From Camelus dromedarius (lineage: Eukaryota), in NCBI RefSeq assembly GCF_036321535.1, contig NC_087437.1, positions 76,200,001 through 76,264,000 on the forward strand: 64,000 nucleotides of DNA, in the 5' to 3' direction. The notes under the pieces were generated by a model that had not been told where the DNA came from, made no database searches, and saw only the letters and a program-made list of their open reading frames with translations. Below are positions 1 to 14,010 of this stretch, piece by piece. A program made the translations under genes and the position numbers. Numbering within the stretch: position 1 is the first letter of the stretch; every line of letters starts with the position of its first letter.

Positions 1-388
1 CACAGTGGCCCTCTTCTCAATGGCAACTCTGTGGTACCATTCCCACTCCATAACTACTCCAAGGATCTGCTGAGGATACATTTTTATCAAAACCCATATC
101 TTTACTGGCTTCTCCTTCTATCCAAGTAGTTCTCAAATTTTAGTATCAATCAGAATCACTTGGAAGACTAGTTAAACCACAAGTTGATGCCCAGTCACAC
201 CAAGTTCCTGACTCAGGGTTCCTGAGTGAAACCTGAGAATATGTATTTTCAGGCATCACTGTGACCAGTGCCCTCCCCCATCCTATCTCCCTCCCTTGTT
301 CAGGATCCTCCAGGGCCCTCCCTCAATAAATCACCTGTGCAAGACTCTGCAACTCAGTCTGTGCTTCTGAGAAATCTGATCTAAGACA
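1..388 (+). mobile_element. LTR16-like ERVL LTR 3' part interrupted by MER5A (~125-255)
   Basis: End CAATAAATCACCTGTGCAAG...CTCAGTCTGTGCTTCTGAGAAATCTGATCTAAGACA; MER5 motif AGTTCTCAAATTTTAGTATCAATCAGAATCACTTGGA. Confidence 0.7.
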
Positions 389-419
389 CACAACTTAAAT
401 GTATAAAACAGGTACACAA

Positions 420-525
420 TTAATTAGCTTAAATAATTATTATGGAGATAAAATCAGGTAATATATGCACTAGGCTTAGAACAGTACTTAGCACACAAAA
501 AGCTCTTAATAAGTATTAGTTACTA
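420..525 (+). mobile_element. MIR 3' fragment
   Basis: GCTTAGAACAGTACTTAGCACACAAAAAGCTCTTAATAAGTATTAG. Confidence 0.7.
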
Positions 526-1798
526 CCACCAGCTCCCCTAATATTACTAAACATTCCTTGAGCATAGGGTCTACCCTTGTCCAACTTTGCATCTCCTATA
601 TTATCTAACACCAATACCTACAACTGAAATTAACCTAGTGGGCTTAATGTATCGTGCTCTGCATTACATACAATAATTAAAACCTGGTCTCTACTAAAAG
701 GGAGCTTTAATACCTGGCCTCTGAAAGAATCTGGAGGAGAACAAAGTATAAGCACTCAGTTATAGAAAGAAAGAATTCAAAAAATGAGAATAAAAAGCTG
801 GGAGTGGGTTATCAGAGGGATTCCTGGAAGGTGACTACTGAAAAGGAAAGAGAGTCAAATGTTATCTGAAAAGAATGTCAAAGGAACTAAATGATAGATC
901 ACACATATGTGAATAAGGCCTTACTATAAAATAGATTACCAGCAAAAAAAAATGAAGTTGAACAAATCTTTAATTTCCTGATCATAGGTCTATTGCTTGA
1001 CTTGAAAAACAATTTACAATTAGAGCAGTCAGAATCTTTTGATGTTTCAGTAAACAACTGGAATTAACCAACTTCTCTAGCCAGGCTTTCACTAAAAACC
1101 CATTAAGATGCCTAGCCATTGTGCAGAGCTCTCCTGATGAAGCCCACACTTCTTTAGCATAATCATGTCATGTCCACTGCCACCATCCCTAGGGAATACA
1201 GAGTGGTACAACAAGTATAAGACACAAAATTAAAAGGGCAGATATTCCTAGGACATGAATTTTTTTTTTCTTCTTTGGAGGGACAGAAATTTTCTTGATG
1301 GAAAGTAACTTCAAATACTACTTCCATGTTAAAACAGGTAGGTATATTCTTGACAGATGTGTAGATTACACCAGTATATCCTTTTGTCAATATTCACCAA
1401 ATTCTATACTTAAGATCGATCTATGCATTTTGGTGTATGCCATTTTTACCTCAACTTTTTTTTTAAAAAAAGAAGCATATATTATGGAAAAAGAATATAA
1501 TATGCAAATAGATTTTTAAGATAAAGCATTCTAGAAATTTCAACAAAATGTAAGCTTCTGGAAGCACAATTTGGCCTATGATTTGTGATTTCACAAAAAA
1601 ATGAGTATTGTCTTCTGCGATTCAGGTACTTTAGCAGAAAATTTGAGAAGCAGAACACTAAGAAAACCAACTATTGATGTTTCATTGGTTATTTTGTATA
1701 AATTGAGCCTTTTCTGGAAATTTAAATGGATGACCTGATGGAATTACCATGTAAGACTGGTCTGTGCCTTAAAATACATTTCCTAAAGCAACCTCCTC

Positions 1799-1822
1799 AA
1801 AAAAAAAAAAAAAAAAAAAAAA
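1799..1822 (+). repeat. Poly(A) run
   Basis: 24 consecutive A. Confidence 0.95.
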
Positions 1823-4202
1823 CAGAAAAATCACCACAACCACAGTAGCCCCAGTGGGGCAGCCCCCAATGGTTCTGCTCTTTAAAGGAATAACTGCAGA
1901 AAGTTACCAGATACCTGTAAAGCTGTAACACCCAGAACTTAGATGTAACTGTCTTCTACAGGGAGAGGGGCTCTGAAAGGTTGCTCAGCAAAATGACCTG
2001 GCTCAAGGCCAGCATCTAATCCAAAATATAAAATAAATAAAATACACATAACACTCTTAAAAATCATTAATCTAATGTGAGCTATTTTATATGTAATTAA
2101 AAGCATATAAATCTATTCAATAAATATCTGTTGAATCACAGAGTTGAATAGGCAGTGGATTCTATTAACCAGTAATTTTCTAAAATGGAAAGCAAAGTCC
2201 TAGAATCTTGGTGGAACTTGGCAGGATAGCAACAAAGAGTGATATAATATCAGAGCACTGAACAACAAAGCTGGGCAGGCCCTGAGCCACCCAGGCCCGT
2301 ACTGGATCTGACAGTAGAGACAAGGGGCTTGTTGTGGAAGGACAGGGCTTTCTCCCCTGACATCAACCTCACAAGATTATGGGTAAACTCCAAAACGTCC
2401 TACTTGCTATAATGCTCCATTATTTTTCCATCGTAAGTTTATTTAAATTATACTTCTGCAGAAATGTGTAGTTTCTATTTTTATCTGCTCTGAGGACAGC
2501 AGTGTATAACATTTCTCCCCTAATGTTTAAGACAGTCATGCATTGAGAGCTGTGGAGGGATGGGGATGGTATTTGTCTGGAAATTTTTAGGACTATAAGG
2601 CATTACCACTCACTCGAATTCACAAGAATTTGGGTGAACAATACTTTGCTGGCTTTATCCATGATTCCATAGGTTTAAACCAGGGATCCTTCAGCATTCA
2701 AAAAGAGCCTCCTTCAAAGACAGTGCTCCATCCCAGCAGTGTTTCAGATGCCCTTCCTTGGGGCTTCTTTAACTCACATCTTTCTAACCTAGAGATGCAT
2801 ACTGTATCTCTAGAAGATGAGCACTGTGTTCTTAAACATGAGTGGGACGGTATTTTTTGTTTCTGCCTTCTGATGAATAATTTTTTGTTGCTGGACCTTC
2901 ATGATCATAGTAGTGATGTGATCATAGTAATGTCTTCTTGAAAAAGTTAACAAGCACTCAAGCTTCTTCTAGGGTCTTTAATGAAGAATCCAACTTGTGT
3001 GAATTATTTTGACCTTTGCACATCACTTTTCCTTTCTAAAGTGCCCTTGGAAATCTACAAATTCCTTTGTAAAATAGGTATATCTAAAACCTTAAACCAA
3101 GAGGCAGGCACAAGAAAAGTAACCCAACTGTGTTATTTTATTTGGTCAAATATTCTGTTCTCACCCCATCCTATTCAAAACTGTTAGTCTACATGCAAAT
3201 AGAGAGGGTAAGATAGGGTGGGAAATCGAACAACTAAACCTCAAACAGGAGGCTTTGGCTGAGTAGAAATACTCTGAAAAAAGAAGTAGAAACAAAGATT
3301 TTTTTTTCCAAAGGACGGATTGCCATGTTAAGATAAAGCCATTCTCAGTCGTTTGCATGGATTTATTTCCTGCCAAAAATATTTTTTTATGTAGTAAAGA
3401 GATTTAGACAATATGGAGAAAGGCAAAAAAAAAAATGATGTTATAATAATTGCTGTGGATAAAAAGACCTCAGGAAAACCCCATCACCAGATTCAATATT
3501 ACTTCTGGATAGTCCTCCCACAGATTCACTTCCATATCATCTTCTTTTCTATCACTCGAGGTTTTAGAGAAAAAAATTACTGTTAGCAAGTTTAAAGTAT
3601 TTACAAACCATAAGATACAGCCACTCCTCCAGAGTTACTCATGGTAGCTGCTTACCTGGAGCATTAAAATAAAAATTAAAAAAAATCACAAAGCAAACCT
3701 AAAATAGTACCATCTTTCTGAAATAACATCATTGTTAGAAATCTAAAAAATAAGTTTGTAGAATTAAAGATTTAATGAAACTAGACAGAATAAATAATTT
3801 AAAGAATTAATAAAATCCATAAAAGTTAAGCTGAGTGAATAACCATATCTTTTGCTTAAAATTAATATTGTGCTCAAAAAATTAAGTGAAATGATATTAG
3901 CTCATCTACAACAAAATCTCTTTGGGTACCAGGTCATTTAACATAGACCCACATTACACACAGAAAATATAACAGAAAAAGATCAGTTCATTTTCAAATA
4001 GCCAGAAAAGAGTTTACAGCCTAAGAATGAATAACATCCCACGTCTGTAATCAACAGCCCCTCACCACTGTCTCTTTTGTTCACTGGTGTTCAGCTCTCC
4101 TCTTCAGAAAAAGAACAGCCCTCCACATACTCAGCACTCCTGGGTTTAGATCCCAAATCCCATTTCATTCATTTCACTCTCTCCACATACTTAGCCATAT
4201 CC

Positions 4203-4292
4203 TACTAGCATTTGGGCACAGCAGAATCATCTGCAGGACTTGTGAATAATACACAAATTCTTGGATCCTACCCTGAAGATTCTGATTTGTTC
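4203..4292. mobile_element. MER5-like fragment
   Basis: CAGAATCATCTGCAGGACTTGTGAATAATACACAAATTCTTGGATCCTACCC. Confidence 0.6.
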
Positions 4293-4619
4293 AGAAAGAG
4301 ACCAGGGAGGCAACTGTTGAGGCAGTAGTGGTAGGTAGCTACACCTCAAAACCTCATTTATTTACCTCTTCATCTGCCCTTTCACTTTATAGTGTCTGAT
4401 GCAGTATCTTTCAGTTGCTGACTTGGGTTCTCCCCATGACTATTGCTTCCTTGTTCTCACTTCAACTTTTAAAATCCACCTCTCTCCTGTTAAAGCTCCA
4501 GTCTCTCCTCCCTCGGGTGCCCTCAGTCACAAGCCTCATCTACACAATCTGTCCTTTAGCCCAGCCATTAAAAAGCACAGGCCTAGATATTAGCCATAAT
4601 TACGTGAGAGCAGGGGGGA

Positions 4620-4845
4620 AAGTGGCAAATTGCACTTAGACTCTAGAGTCAGAATGACTAGAATTCAAACCCTGAACATAGAAAGCATGTATGGATAAGA
4701 TACAGCCAAACCACTTGCAGTCTTAGGTGCTTCACAGGTAAAATGGGGAATAATGATATCTCTTTTACAGGATTACTGTAAAGATTAAATAAGATGCCAC
4801 ATTGTCTGGTACATAATGTTCAAAGAACAGTAGCATTTACTATTA
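4620..4845 (+). mobile_element. MIR
   Basis: GACTCTAGAGTCAGA...GTAAAATGGGGAATAATG...CAGGATTACTGTAAAGATTAAATAAG. Confidence 0.75.
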
Positions 4846-4899
4846 TTATAATTATTATTATTATTATTATTATATTATTATTATTATTATTATTATTAT
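4837..4899. repeat. (TTA)n microsatellite at MIR tail
   Basis: About 20 near-perfect TTA units. Confidence 0.95.
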
Positions 4900-7800
4900 A
4901 GAGAAGAATTTATAAAAATGGTTAAACATCAGTGGAATGCAGTGAGAACTGGTATTATTCACTTTAATGGGATGTCTAAATACCAAGTAAGTCAAACTTT
5001 TCACTACTGCCCAGTCTGTTAAAACTCAGATTTAGCAAATCTTTACCAACCTGAGGTCACTCTGTTACTCCAAAATACAATTTTTGAAATGGAGTTTTCT
5101 CCTTATGAAGCCAAATGAAGTACAGCATTTAAAGGGTGGGTAAAAATGAAGTCTTTGCTACCTCAGCAAAAATGACTTTGATCTATAAATTCCTAAATAA
5201 TTGGAGCTGCAATGTCCTTAGAGACTACATATGTCCCTGCCTCCTGTCATCATTGTTGAGATTAGCTGAAATGTCTCTGTTCTTCAGGCCTGAACACGGG
5301 AAATACGAAGAAACCAGGTGAGAATTTGTCATCTGACTTCAAGAGAAAGAACCTTAAGCTGGGGGAGGGGAAGCTGGGATAAGTCCTATTATCTTTCAAT
5401 TTTTAGGTACTTTTACTAATTTGGACATTGTTTTAAAAACACAACTTTACTTTTAACAATGATGTAGAGGACGGTCACTTGATTTCACACTTTCCCACCT
5501 GTGCAGTAATATCTATCTGGACTAAGTCGCAATGCCCATTTTCTCTACTACTATGGAAGCTGGTGCTGGGGCATACCTATTTTACTTACTTTATATTCCC
5601 ACAGCTTAATATCATGCCTCCCAAGCCAATGTCAGGACCTCAATAAATGTTCCCTGAGTGAATGTAATGGCTTCTGTGATTATCCATTCAAGAGTTTACT
5701 TCTGATACAGCAAGAGTTGTTTCAACTGCTTCTCTGACATCAGTAGAGGATCAAACCAAGACTAAGAATAATCCCTAACAAACTAATGTCTCTCACAGCT
5801 GAAACAAACCCAGCAATTATTCACTGGGGGCATCCTCCATGTGCCCTGCACTCTGCTCAGAAAAGGGCAATGTTCTGCATCGAAAGTAAACATGGGCCTT
5901 TCAGCCTCCTACGTGGAAAAGATACAAGTCAGGAACACAGGAAGAATACTAAATACTTTGAATTTGAAATATTACAATTTGTCAATGTTTATGAGCCATT
6001 CCTCCCTGTGTGCCTCTAATGGGTCAGAGAGGCACAAGGAGTTACCCTGCGAAGGACCTTACTGATCATTTCAGGCCAGACCCTTATTTCATGAATGAGA
6101 AAATTGAGGCCTGCTGAAGTAAAGTGTCTGACATAGATTACACACTTCAGTACCATGAAAGCCAGGGCTGGAACCTGGGTTCCTCAATTTTCAGGACTTC
6201 CACCCTAGCACATGAGTATACTGATGAGGTCTGTGACACTGGAGGGAAAAGATCATACATATTACATTTTTATACTGTTTCTCCTCACAGTCTTACACAT
6301 TTATGCTAGATGTGAAGGCAAAAGCTGATATGATTTTTCTAAAAATGCTTTTCTTAACAAAAATGTACTGTACTAAATGAAACCTAAATAGCATTACTAT
6401 TCAAAGGTTACTATTCAAAAACATTTTTTTCTTTAAATGGAAAACAAAACAAAACAAAACAAAACACAAAACTTCCTGAAATGCTTTCTTGGAAACCACT
6501 TCATAAAACTGATGATCAGAAAGAATTTTTACATAAAAAACCCAACAGTTTTACCATTGGGCTACATTACTGATTCAAGATGCAGCATCAAATAAGTAAC
6601 TGATTTGTAGTTATTTCTGTATTTCCGCTCTTCTCTGCTGGTGTGTGTGTGTGTGTGTTTGTGTATTTATAACAATACACAAAGGGCTCAAAAGAGCTAT
6701 AAAACTGTATTTTTAGTATATAAAAATTGAACTCTGCTGTACATTACCTAAACACTAATACAACTTTTTTTGCTTTCACAGTGTTTATAAGGGTTCCTGA
6801 GAACATGACTTTAGATAGCGCTAAACTCTTAGAAGAGTTGTTCCAGTAAATTTGATTTGATGCTTTCATTTTCTCAAAAAGAGTTCCTATGGCAAAAGAA
6901 GGCATTCAAAAATCATTTCCACTGAGATACAGCTGAAGTACTTTAGTGTGCTGTCAATTCAGTCTAAAATATCACTTGGGTCCACTGGTGTCTCTACAAT
7001 TCCTCTGGCCACCCTACATGAGTTCCCAACGACTTCCAGCTTCTTATGCTGTAATAGTTTCCTCACCTGGTGTTCCTGCCACCCCTCCCAGCTCCAGTGT
7101 TACCGGTACAGGGTGCAGGCTACAGAGCCTGTTTCCACACTCCTCCACTGCCTGGCCTGACAATTATGACCTCCTAGGTTCTGACTCTTTATTACCTTAA
7201 AGCATATTTCCCTTGCAGTCACACTTTCCTAGAGGCTCCTGGGCATCCCAATCTCTACCATGCCCTTGCTCTAGGTTTCCCTTCACAAGGATTGTCCTTT
7301 CCCCTTATTTATTCATCCAAAAAACATTTGTTGACAGTCTCCTGTCTACCACCTGCTGAAAATACAAAATCAAATAAAGTAATCTCCCCACACTCAGCAG
7401 GTATGCTCAAATCCCACTTAATCTCTAAGGTCCATTTCCAGTTCCCATGAAGACTTCCCTAACAATGAAGTCAGATGTTACTGCTCCCTATCTGACCTCC
7501 TTTTAGCATACTATTGTCTTTACCTCTCCTGAGTTACTAATCACGTGATCCAAGAGTCAACACACAGGTGTTGAGCACCCACTATGCCCAATTCCCCTGT
7601 GTAAGCTCATTTATATCTCATAAGGAGGTTATTTCTGTACTTCCTCCCCCTCCCTACTGTATACACTCCTCATGAGCAAGGATATCACCTTATCCACCTG
7701 TATCTTCTTGGTAACATTCACACAGCAGTTGCTCAATAAATACATGTTGAAAAAGTTAATAGATTTATAAATGATCGTGGTGGGGGGAGAAAATAGTATT

Positions 7801-8279
7801 TTAAAAGTATTAGTTCACCACTATTCCTCTTCTCCTTAATCTGGTTCTTCATAAAGTAATTTAAAATTTAAATGTACCTTCCTCTCATTCAGTTGGAAAA
7901 AAAGGCAATTGACAGCACACTTGCTCTTCTCAGTCTGAAAGGTCTCCTTACTAGCTCACTTGACTGCTACCAGGGAATTTCAAAGAAAAGTCTTGAGAAG
8001 TATGAGCGAGTACTTTAGCTGCAAGGAATGCACATGGTTTCCCCCTAACTCGGCCAACTACAGAGAAAGCCATGCAGAGTACCAGGCATCCTCTTCCAAG
8101 CATAATAGTAGATTCCCCAAAGCCTGCCACCAGGTACAAACTTCTGTACCACCTTTCATGCTGAGCAGGAATGTCTCCAAGAGCCAGAGGCACTCTAAAA
8201 AAGGTACAGAAAAAGATACTCGGCTCCTGGAAGAGGAAAGGGCATTCCTGAGGTCAGCACCAAGCTCTGCTCGCCATCT

Positions 8280-8580
8280 CTGTATGAACCCCTCCTGGAC
8301 GTGTACAGTTCCTGACAGAGTATGACCCCTCTCTAATCACAAACCACCGTTCAAAACTGCAACCTCACACCCTCCTTCCTGTGCTTTATTTTTCCTGTAA
8401 CATATTACCATCTAACGTATCATACAGCTTACTTGTTTTATTGTCTGTTTTTCCTCACAAGAAGGTACCTTCCATCCAGGAAGCATTTTTTTAACCATCT
8501 TATTATTACCATAGTCCCAGAGACTAGGACACAGCCTAGCCCATAGGAGGACCTCAACAAATGTTTGTTCAATGAATGCT
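8280..8580 (+). mobile_element. L2 3' end
   Basis: GCTTTATTTTTCC...TTATTGTCTG...CAGCCTAGCCCATAGGAGGACCTCAACAAATGTTTGTTCAATGAATG. Confidence 0.8.
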
Positions 8581-8809
8581 ACAATTCTCTTATTATTTAT
8601 CTTTAAGTGTATAATACTACCTATTATTGGGATTCCCTCCACCTCCAAGAAAGCCATTTGTCTTCTGATTTTTGTTTTCATACATAAATGATTATAAGAT
8701 AATCGTTATACATATGAATAGACAAATGAACACACACATAAACACAGATGTACTAAATACACCCAACAAAAGCAGGAGTGTCTTTTTTACAAAGGAGTAT
8801 AAATTTACA

Positions 8810-9045
8810 GATGCTAAGCATTTATATGCAAAGCACTTGACCACTTTACATGTGTTATAACTTTTTAATTTTCAAAACAATTTTAAAAAGTAACTATTAT
8901 TTTTCTTGTTTATAGACAAGAAAACCAAAGCACCAAGAGGTTAAGTGTCTGGCTCAAACTCACACAGCTAAGAAGTAGCAGAGATGACATTCAGACAGGG
9001 CTTGTCTGACACACAATGATACTTTTAAACCATGCTACCTCCTAG
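8810..9045 (-). mobile_element. MIR
   Basis: TATAGACAAGAAAACCAAAGCACCAAGAGGTTAAGTGTCTGGCTCAAACTCACACAGCTAAGAAGTAGCAGAG. Confidence 0.8.
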
Positions 9046-12000
9046 GTAGATATTAAAAGACCAACTTAATTAGGTTTCTGAAGTGTGGCTGGGCCCAGAA
9101 TACCATTTTAAATCATGAAAAAGAAACCAAGCAAATGAGGGGGGACGGGAAGCAACAGTTTCAGGAATGAGATATTAAAGGGTTCAGGATTAAGATTCCT
9201 TGGATAAGTGAGGACACTGGAAAGGGAATTGGCCTTGGATTTAGATGCTGACCCCTCCTGTGTTATCCTAGTAAGTTACTCATCCTTGTAGAGCCTTAGT
9301 TTCAAAACTGTGAGAGAGGAGGAAGAAAGATGAGGGAAGGAGAGAGGGGAGGGGAGAGGACAGGACGGGGCGGTTGGATAAATTATATCTAACAGCAAAA
9401 ATTTGCTATGATTTTTAAAGTGAGATATTTGAAAGTACACAGAAGAGTGCCTGGTATACAATAGGCAGTAAATATATGTTATATTTAATGAAAGATTTTA
9501 CTGATTTCTTGAAGGGTAAGACAAATATAAAACAAAAAGAAAAACCAACTGCGTAGATTTCATGAGGATCTGGGAAAGATCTAATCAGATCTTAAAATTA
9601 TATGTTATACGAGCCTACAAAACTCTGAAATCAGCCTTACATTTCACTCATCCACTAAGTAACTCTCAAATGCGTCTTGATAGGTATTGGAGAAGGCACT
9701 GTTCGGTCATGTAAGGCACAATCATCAACTACAATAAGACAAAGTTCAATAATTTTATCCACCAAACAGGTACTTAGTGAATGGTCACCAATACCATAAA
9801 TTTACTAAAAGTAAGATTCAGAACCACTGTAAATTCTCCTGAACTTTTTTTAAATTTCTGTAAGAAAACTATAATTTATGCCATCATCCTAAGCTTAGCT
9901 AAGATTTATATATTATTTATTTATAGTATAAATCTTTAAAATTTTGAGAATGTTTGAGTTTTAGTTCATGTTGTCAAAGCAAATACTTTCCGAGCACTAC
10001 CTCACTGTAAAATAGCTTGTTTAGGCAACTGTTACTTGAATAGCACTAATACATTTTAAAGCACAGAAATAAGTATTGATTAATCTTCAGTCTTGAACAT
10101 TATGAAGTTTACCTAAAATACTCATTACTCACAAGTCCGAATAAATAAACTAGCAGAGCAGTTATGTTAACAGACCATAACACAAACTGGTTGGGTAAAA
10201 AGTTACTCAGCAAATCAATATAATCACTTTTTCTTCTGAATATACAGCAGGAGCTGGGGGGATTAAAGGACCATACATTATTTTCAGGTACAATAACTGT
10301 ATCACAGTTGTAATGAAATAAGATAGTTCTACAGGTATGCTGAATCCAAGGCCCAGCATGACAACCAGTTTTCCAAATATGATCAAACAGTTAACTCATA
10401 CTTTTTTAAATTAATAAGACATATTTAACAAAAAATTTTTCTTGCATTATTGTGATTACTATGGATTTTTACGAAGGTGATTTAGAAGACCCAATCCTTT
10501 TCATAATCACAACCTAAAAAGAAAGTAAAAGAAATCCAAAAGAGGATATGAATTTCTTGCAAAAAATTATCTGTCTCATGTGAGATAAAGTGATTTTGTC
10601 ATATTTCCTAAAATGATCTGTCACACAACCACCTGATAAGGATTTATTTAATCATGTGACCCTGTGTATCATGAAATCTAAAAATCCTCGGTTCTATTTA
10701 GCCAATAAAGTAAGGAAATAACCAGTGTTCTGACAAAGGGCTTTAAAAACCATGGTCCTTAAGTTACTCACACTAACATTTCCTAAAATTATGGCAACAG
10801 TAAAAATAAAATCTAAAAACTAGTAATTTATGGCCAGGAATGACTAGAGTACAAATGTCATCTCAGCAAAGTCTAAATAGTTGAGGAATCAAAATACAGA
10901 TCGTCAGTGGCTCCCAGGTTTTAGAGCTAATCTTCAGAAGGCAGAGATAAGGGTACGAATGCAAACTTAACATTATGGAACCAGTCTTCTGTGAGCCAGG
11001 AAGCGGGCAGGAAAGTTCTGGCCAGGTTAGGCATTACAGTGTGGGAAAACTGGTCACTGGCCAGTGGGACCCAAATAAAAGTAAAAGGCTAAGGATTACC
11101 TTGAGTTTTCCTGCTTAGTATTGCCACTAGAAACAATTAACGCCTTTGGGCTACTGTAAACAAACATTCTGCTTTTTACAAACCAGCAATGCTTTAAGGC
11201 TCTTTCTCCCAAACTGTGAGGAGGACTGGTAAGAGAATACATTTCAAAATCTTTGTTTGGAGCCTAGTAATTACAATCATGTCACAGAGCTGAATGAAAG
11301 ACCCAGCACAACTGTGGTTTTACCTACTTAATGCATCAACACTACCTATTGGGCAAGGCTCAAACTCAACCAGGGAAGCACCACAGACTACAAAAGGGTA
11401 ATGGATTTCCTGCTGAATATCCCACCAACTGCCACTCCTTAAATAAGAATGAGAAAGGTAATTAATGCTCCTGTTAAGAAAATAATTCCATGGACCAGCA
11501 CAAAGATAGTGAATGCATTATTATCTTCCTAAACATGTAGGGGACTAAACCTCTACAATCCTGAGTGGCCCGAACGACTGCCCTCACATCAGACAAGATG
11601 CGTTCTGAAACCTTCTGCTTCCAACTAAACATAAGGTACTGCTCTGCTATCAGCATCCCCCCACAAAAATTAAAAGCTTTTATTTCCATTTAGCTGCCAC
11701 TTAAGATTTATAAAAAGTTCATTTTTCCTTTCATTCTCTTAACTCAAGTCCTTACAGAGCATACTTTCCTCATCACAGGTTGCCAATTTTTGGTACGTTA
11801 AAAATCCCATCAAGTTGCACTTACATGATGTGACAATTAACTTTTAATGATGGATAAAAGAGGTGGATGCTTAAAGTCATTCTGCATTCTATTACTGCAC
11901 CCATTTAATAAAGGAAAGCTCCTTCATAAAGGTCAAAAAATTTTCTTCTTTAATCAGAACTCTAAAAGACAGACTAACTTTGAAAATATATTAAATTGGT

Positions 12001-12239
12001 TGGGCTAAAAGATGTGTAATAGAATATAGAGCCTATTGTCGGTACACTGCAGAGGTAGGGTACTCCACTCCACTCCAATAGAGACAATTTTTATTATGTT
12101 TATAACTAAAAAATAATAATGATTTCATAAATAGCATTTTATATTCTAGAACTGTATTTATAGTTTTCTAGATGTGATGTTTTAATATCTGATGTCTAAA
12201 GACAATCTCTTCAGATACAATTCCCTGCAGGATCTCTAA

Positions 12240-12465
12240 GTACAGCTGGGTAAGTTGTGCTCTGCACAACCCTAGGAGGTGCCGTTTACATTAGAGAGCA
12301 TCTATCTCTATATGTATTATGATGATTTCCTGCCAAAAGGCAGTAAAGTGTCTTGTTCAAAAAAACCAACCTATTATGACAACTTTCCAACATTTGGAAC
12401 TAGACTACCTCAAGAAAAGGTGACTTTTTTCTAATTTACACAGAAAGTAGAGGAAGCCAGCAGTT
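12240..12465. mobile_element. MER91/Zaphod-like hAT-Tip100 relic
   Basis: AGTTGTGCTCTGCACAACCCTAGGAGGTGCC...GGCAGTAAAGTGTCTTG...TTTTCTAATTTACACA. Confidence 0.5.
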
Positions 12466-13819
12466 GCTGAAACTACCTGGCTCTTATTCTCTGGAAATTC
12501 GAGGCTGGAGGATGGCCACTCCCCAGATGAACTCCCAGGAGCAGTGCTCTGATAAGGTATACCAGGCTTCCTCCCTGAACTGCAGAGCAGAGGTTAATTT
12601 CTTCCAAATGAAACATAAAAACACAAACCTTGACAATATTATCTAGGGTCTTAACTCACCAATGTTTAGTTACCAACATTCGAGGGAATTCGGGGAGAGT
12701 TACAAGGAATGTAGTCACTTCAGTTTCGCTATAGTAGTTTCTTAATCAGGCCACCATGAGGCGTCGCAGTACACAAAGCAGTTAAATCATTTTTCACAAC
12801 TAAATCTGTTAGGGTTTTAAAACTTCTTCCTCCTGATCAACAGCTTTCATGGACAGAACAAAATCTAACAGTCCTAGAATAACTTTAAAGGCTCTTTTGC
12901 TTAAGATTAGGATGAGCTACTGTAAGGCTGGGATGGTTTTTCCTAAGACCAAACTGTAATAAACTTATGGCATTTGATAAACTGGCACGCCTTTTAACAA
13001 TGTGTTATTGTTTTACAAATTCTTCCTCTGTTTTCGAAGGACACAGGGAACTAAACCAAAGCCATGTATCTGTTAGCTACCAAAATTATGTTATACTACT
13101 AAATAAATTATAAGTCAACTAGTACAATAAAAAAATGCTTTCAAAGTTAATATGCATAATGTATTGCATACAACTCTACTCTAACAATATATAACATTTT
13201 AGTTCTTCTGTCTTTTTAACCATTTATCAACAACACCACACAAAAAAAGGACACATATTGCTGCTATGAAAATGGTGCTATCAACTGACTAAAAATATTT
13301 TCTACATACTTTTGGAGCTAAGCAGATTTCTCAAGCAAAACACCAAATCAGAAGTCTTATGTCTTGGTTCTAGCTCTGCCACTCACATGGCCTGGGTCCC
13401 AGTTCCTTAATCTGGGCCTTGCTTTCTTCAAATTTAAAGTGATGGATTATAGGACTCCAAGATCATCTGCAATGTCCCTTCTAGAGCTCAAATTCTATTA
13501 TTCTCTTTAAATATAAATTATCTGAATTCTAAAACTATTGTCTTTTTTATGATGCGGCACGACATTATTTTTTTTTAAACTGCAGCTATTTCACCTCTTA
13601 GAATACTTTTTTAACTTTAGAAGTTTATCATATGCTTAGAATGATTTCAGAAGTAGTTATGAATAACTCAATGTGAATATGGCAATCTGCTCGACAAAGA
13701 GACAAGAGTACTTTTATCCTGGGCCAGAACCTCAACGTTACATTTCAGTACGAGTCAAGACCAGTACAGGGCACTCTGCCGGCTGCCTCCTTGGTACAAA
13801 GGCCATGTGGGCAGCACAA

Positions 13820-14010
13820 GAGGCAGTGAAGGGAGTGAGCAGGAGCGTGGCCTCCTTAGACAGAACAAGCTGGAATGGAATGCCAGCTCCACTACTTACC
13901 GGAAGAATGACCTTGGGCAAGCTGCCTCTGAGACTCTGAGCCTCTGAGACTCAATTCCCTCCCCTAAAACGGAGATAATTCCTCCCTCACAGGCTGTTTC
14001 AAGGTGGAAA
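13820..14010 (+). mobile_element. MIR
   Basis: CCAGCTCCACTACTTACCGGAAGAATGACCTTGGGCAAG...TAAAACGGAGATAAT. Confidence 0.75.

Noticed and set aside
2600..3060. mRNA-like stretch suspected to be an exon or processed pseudogene
   Set aside because: No recognisable protein in the frames I read; no poly(A) or TSD.
7960..8325. 121-aa plus-strand ORF
   Set aside because: TTG start, antisense within an intron, runs into an L2 relic, no recognisable homology.
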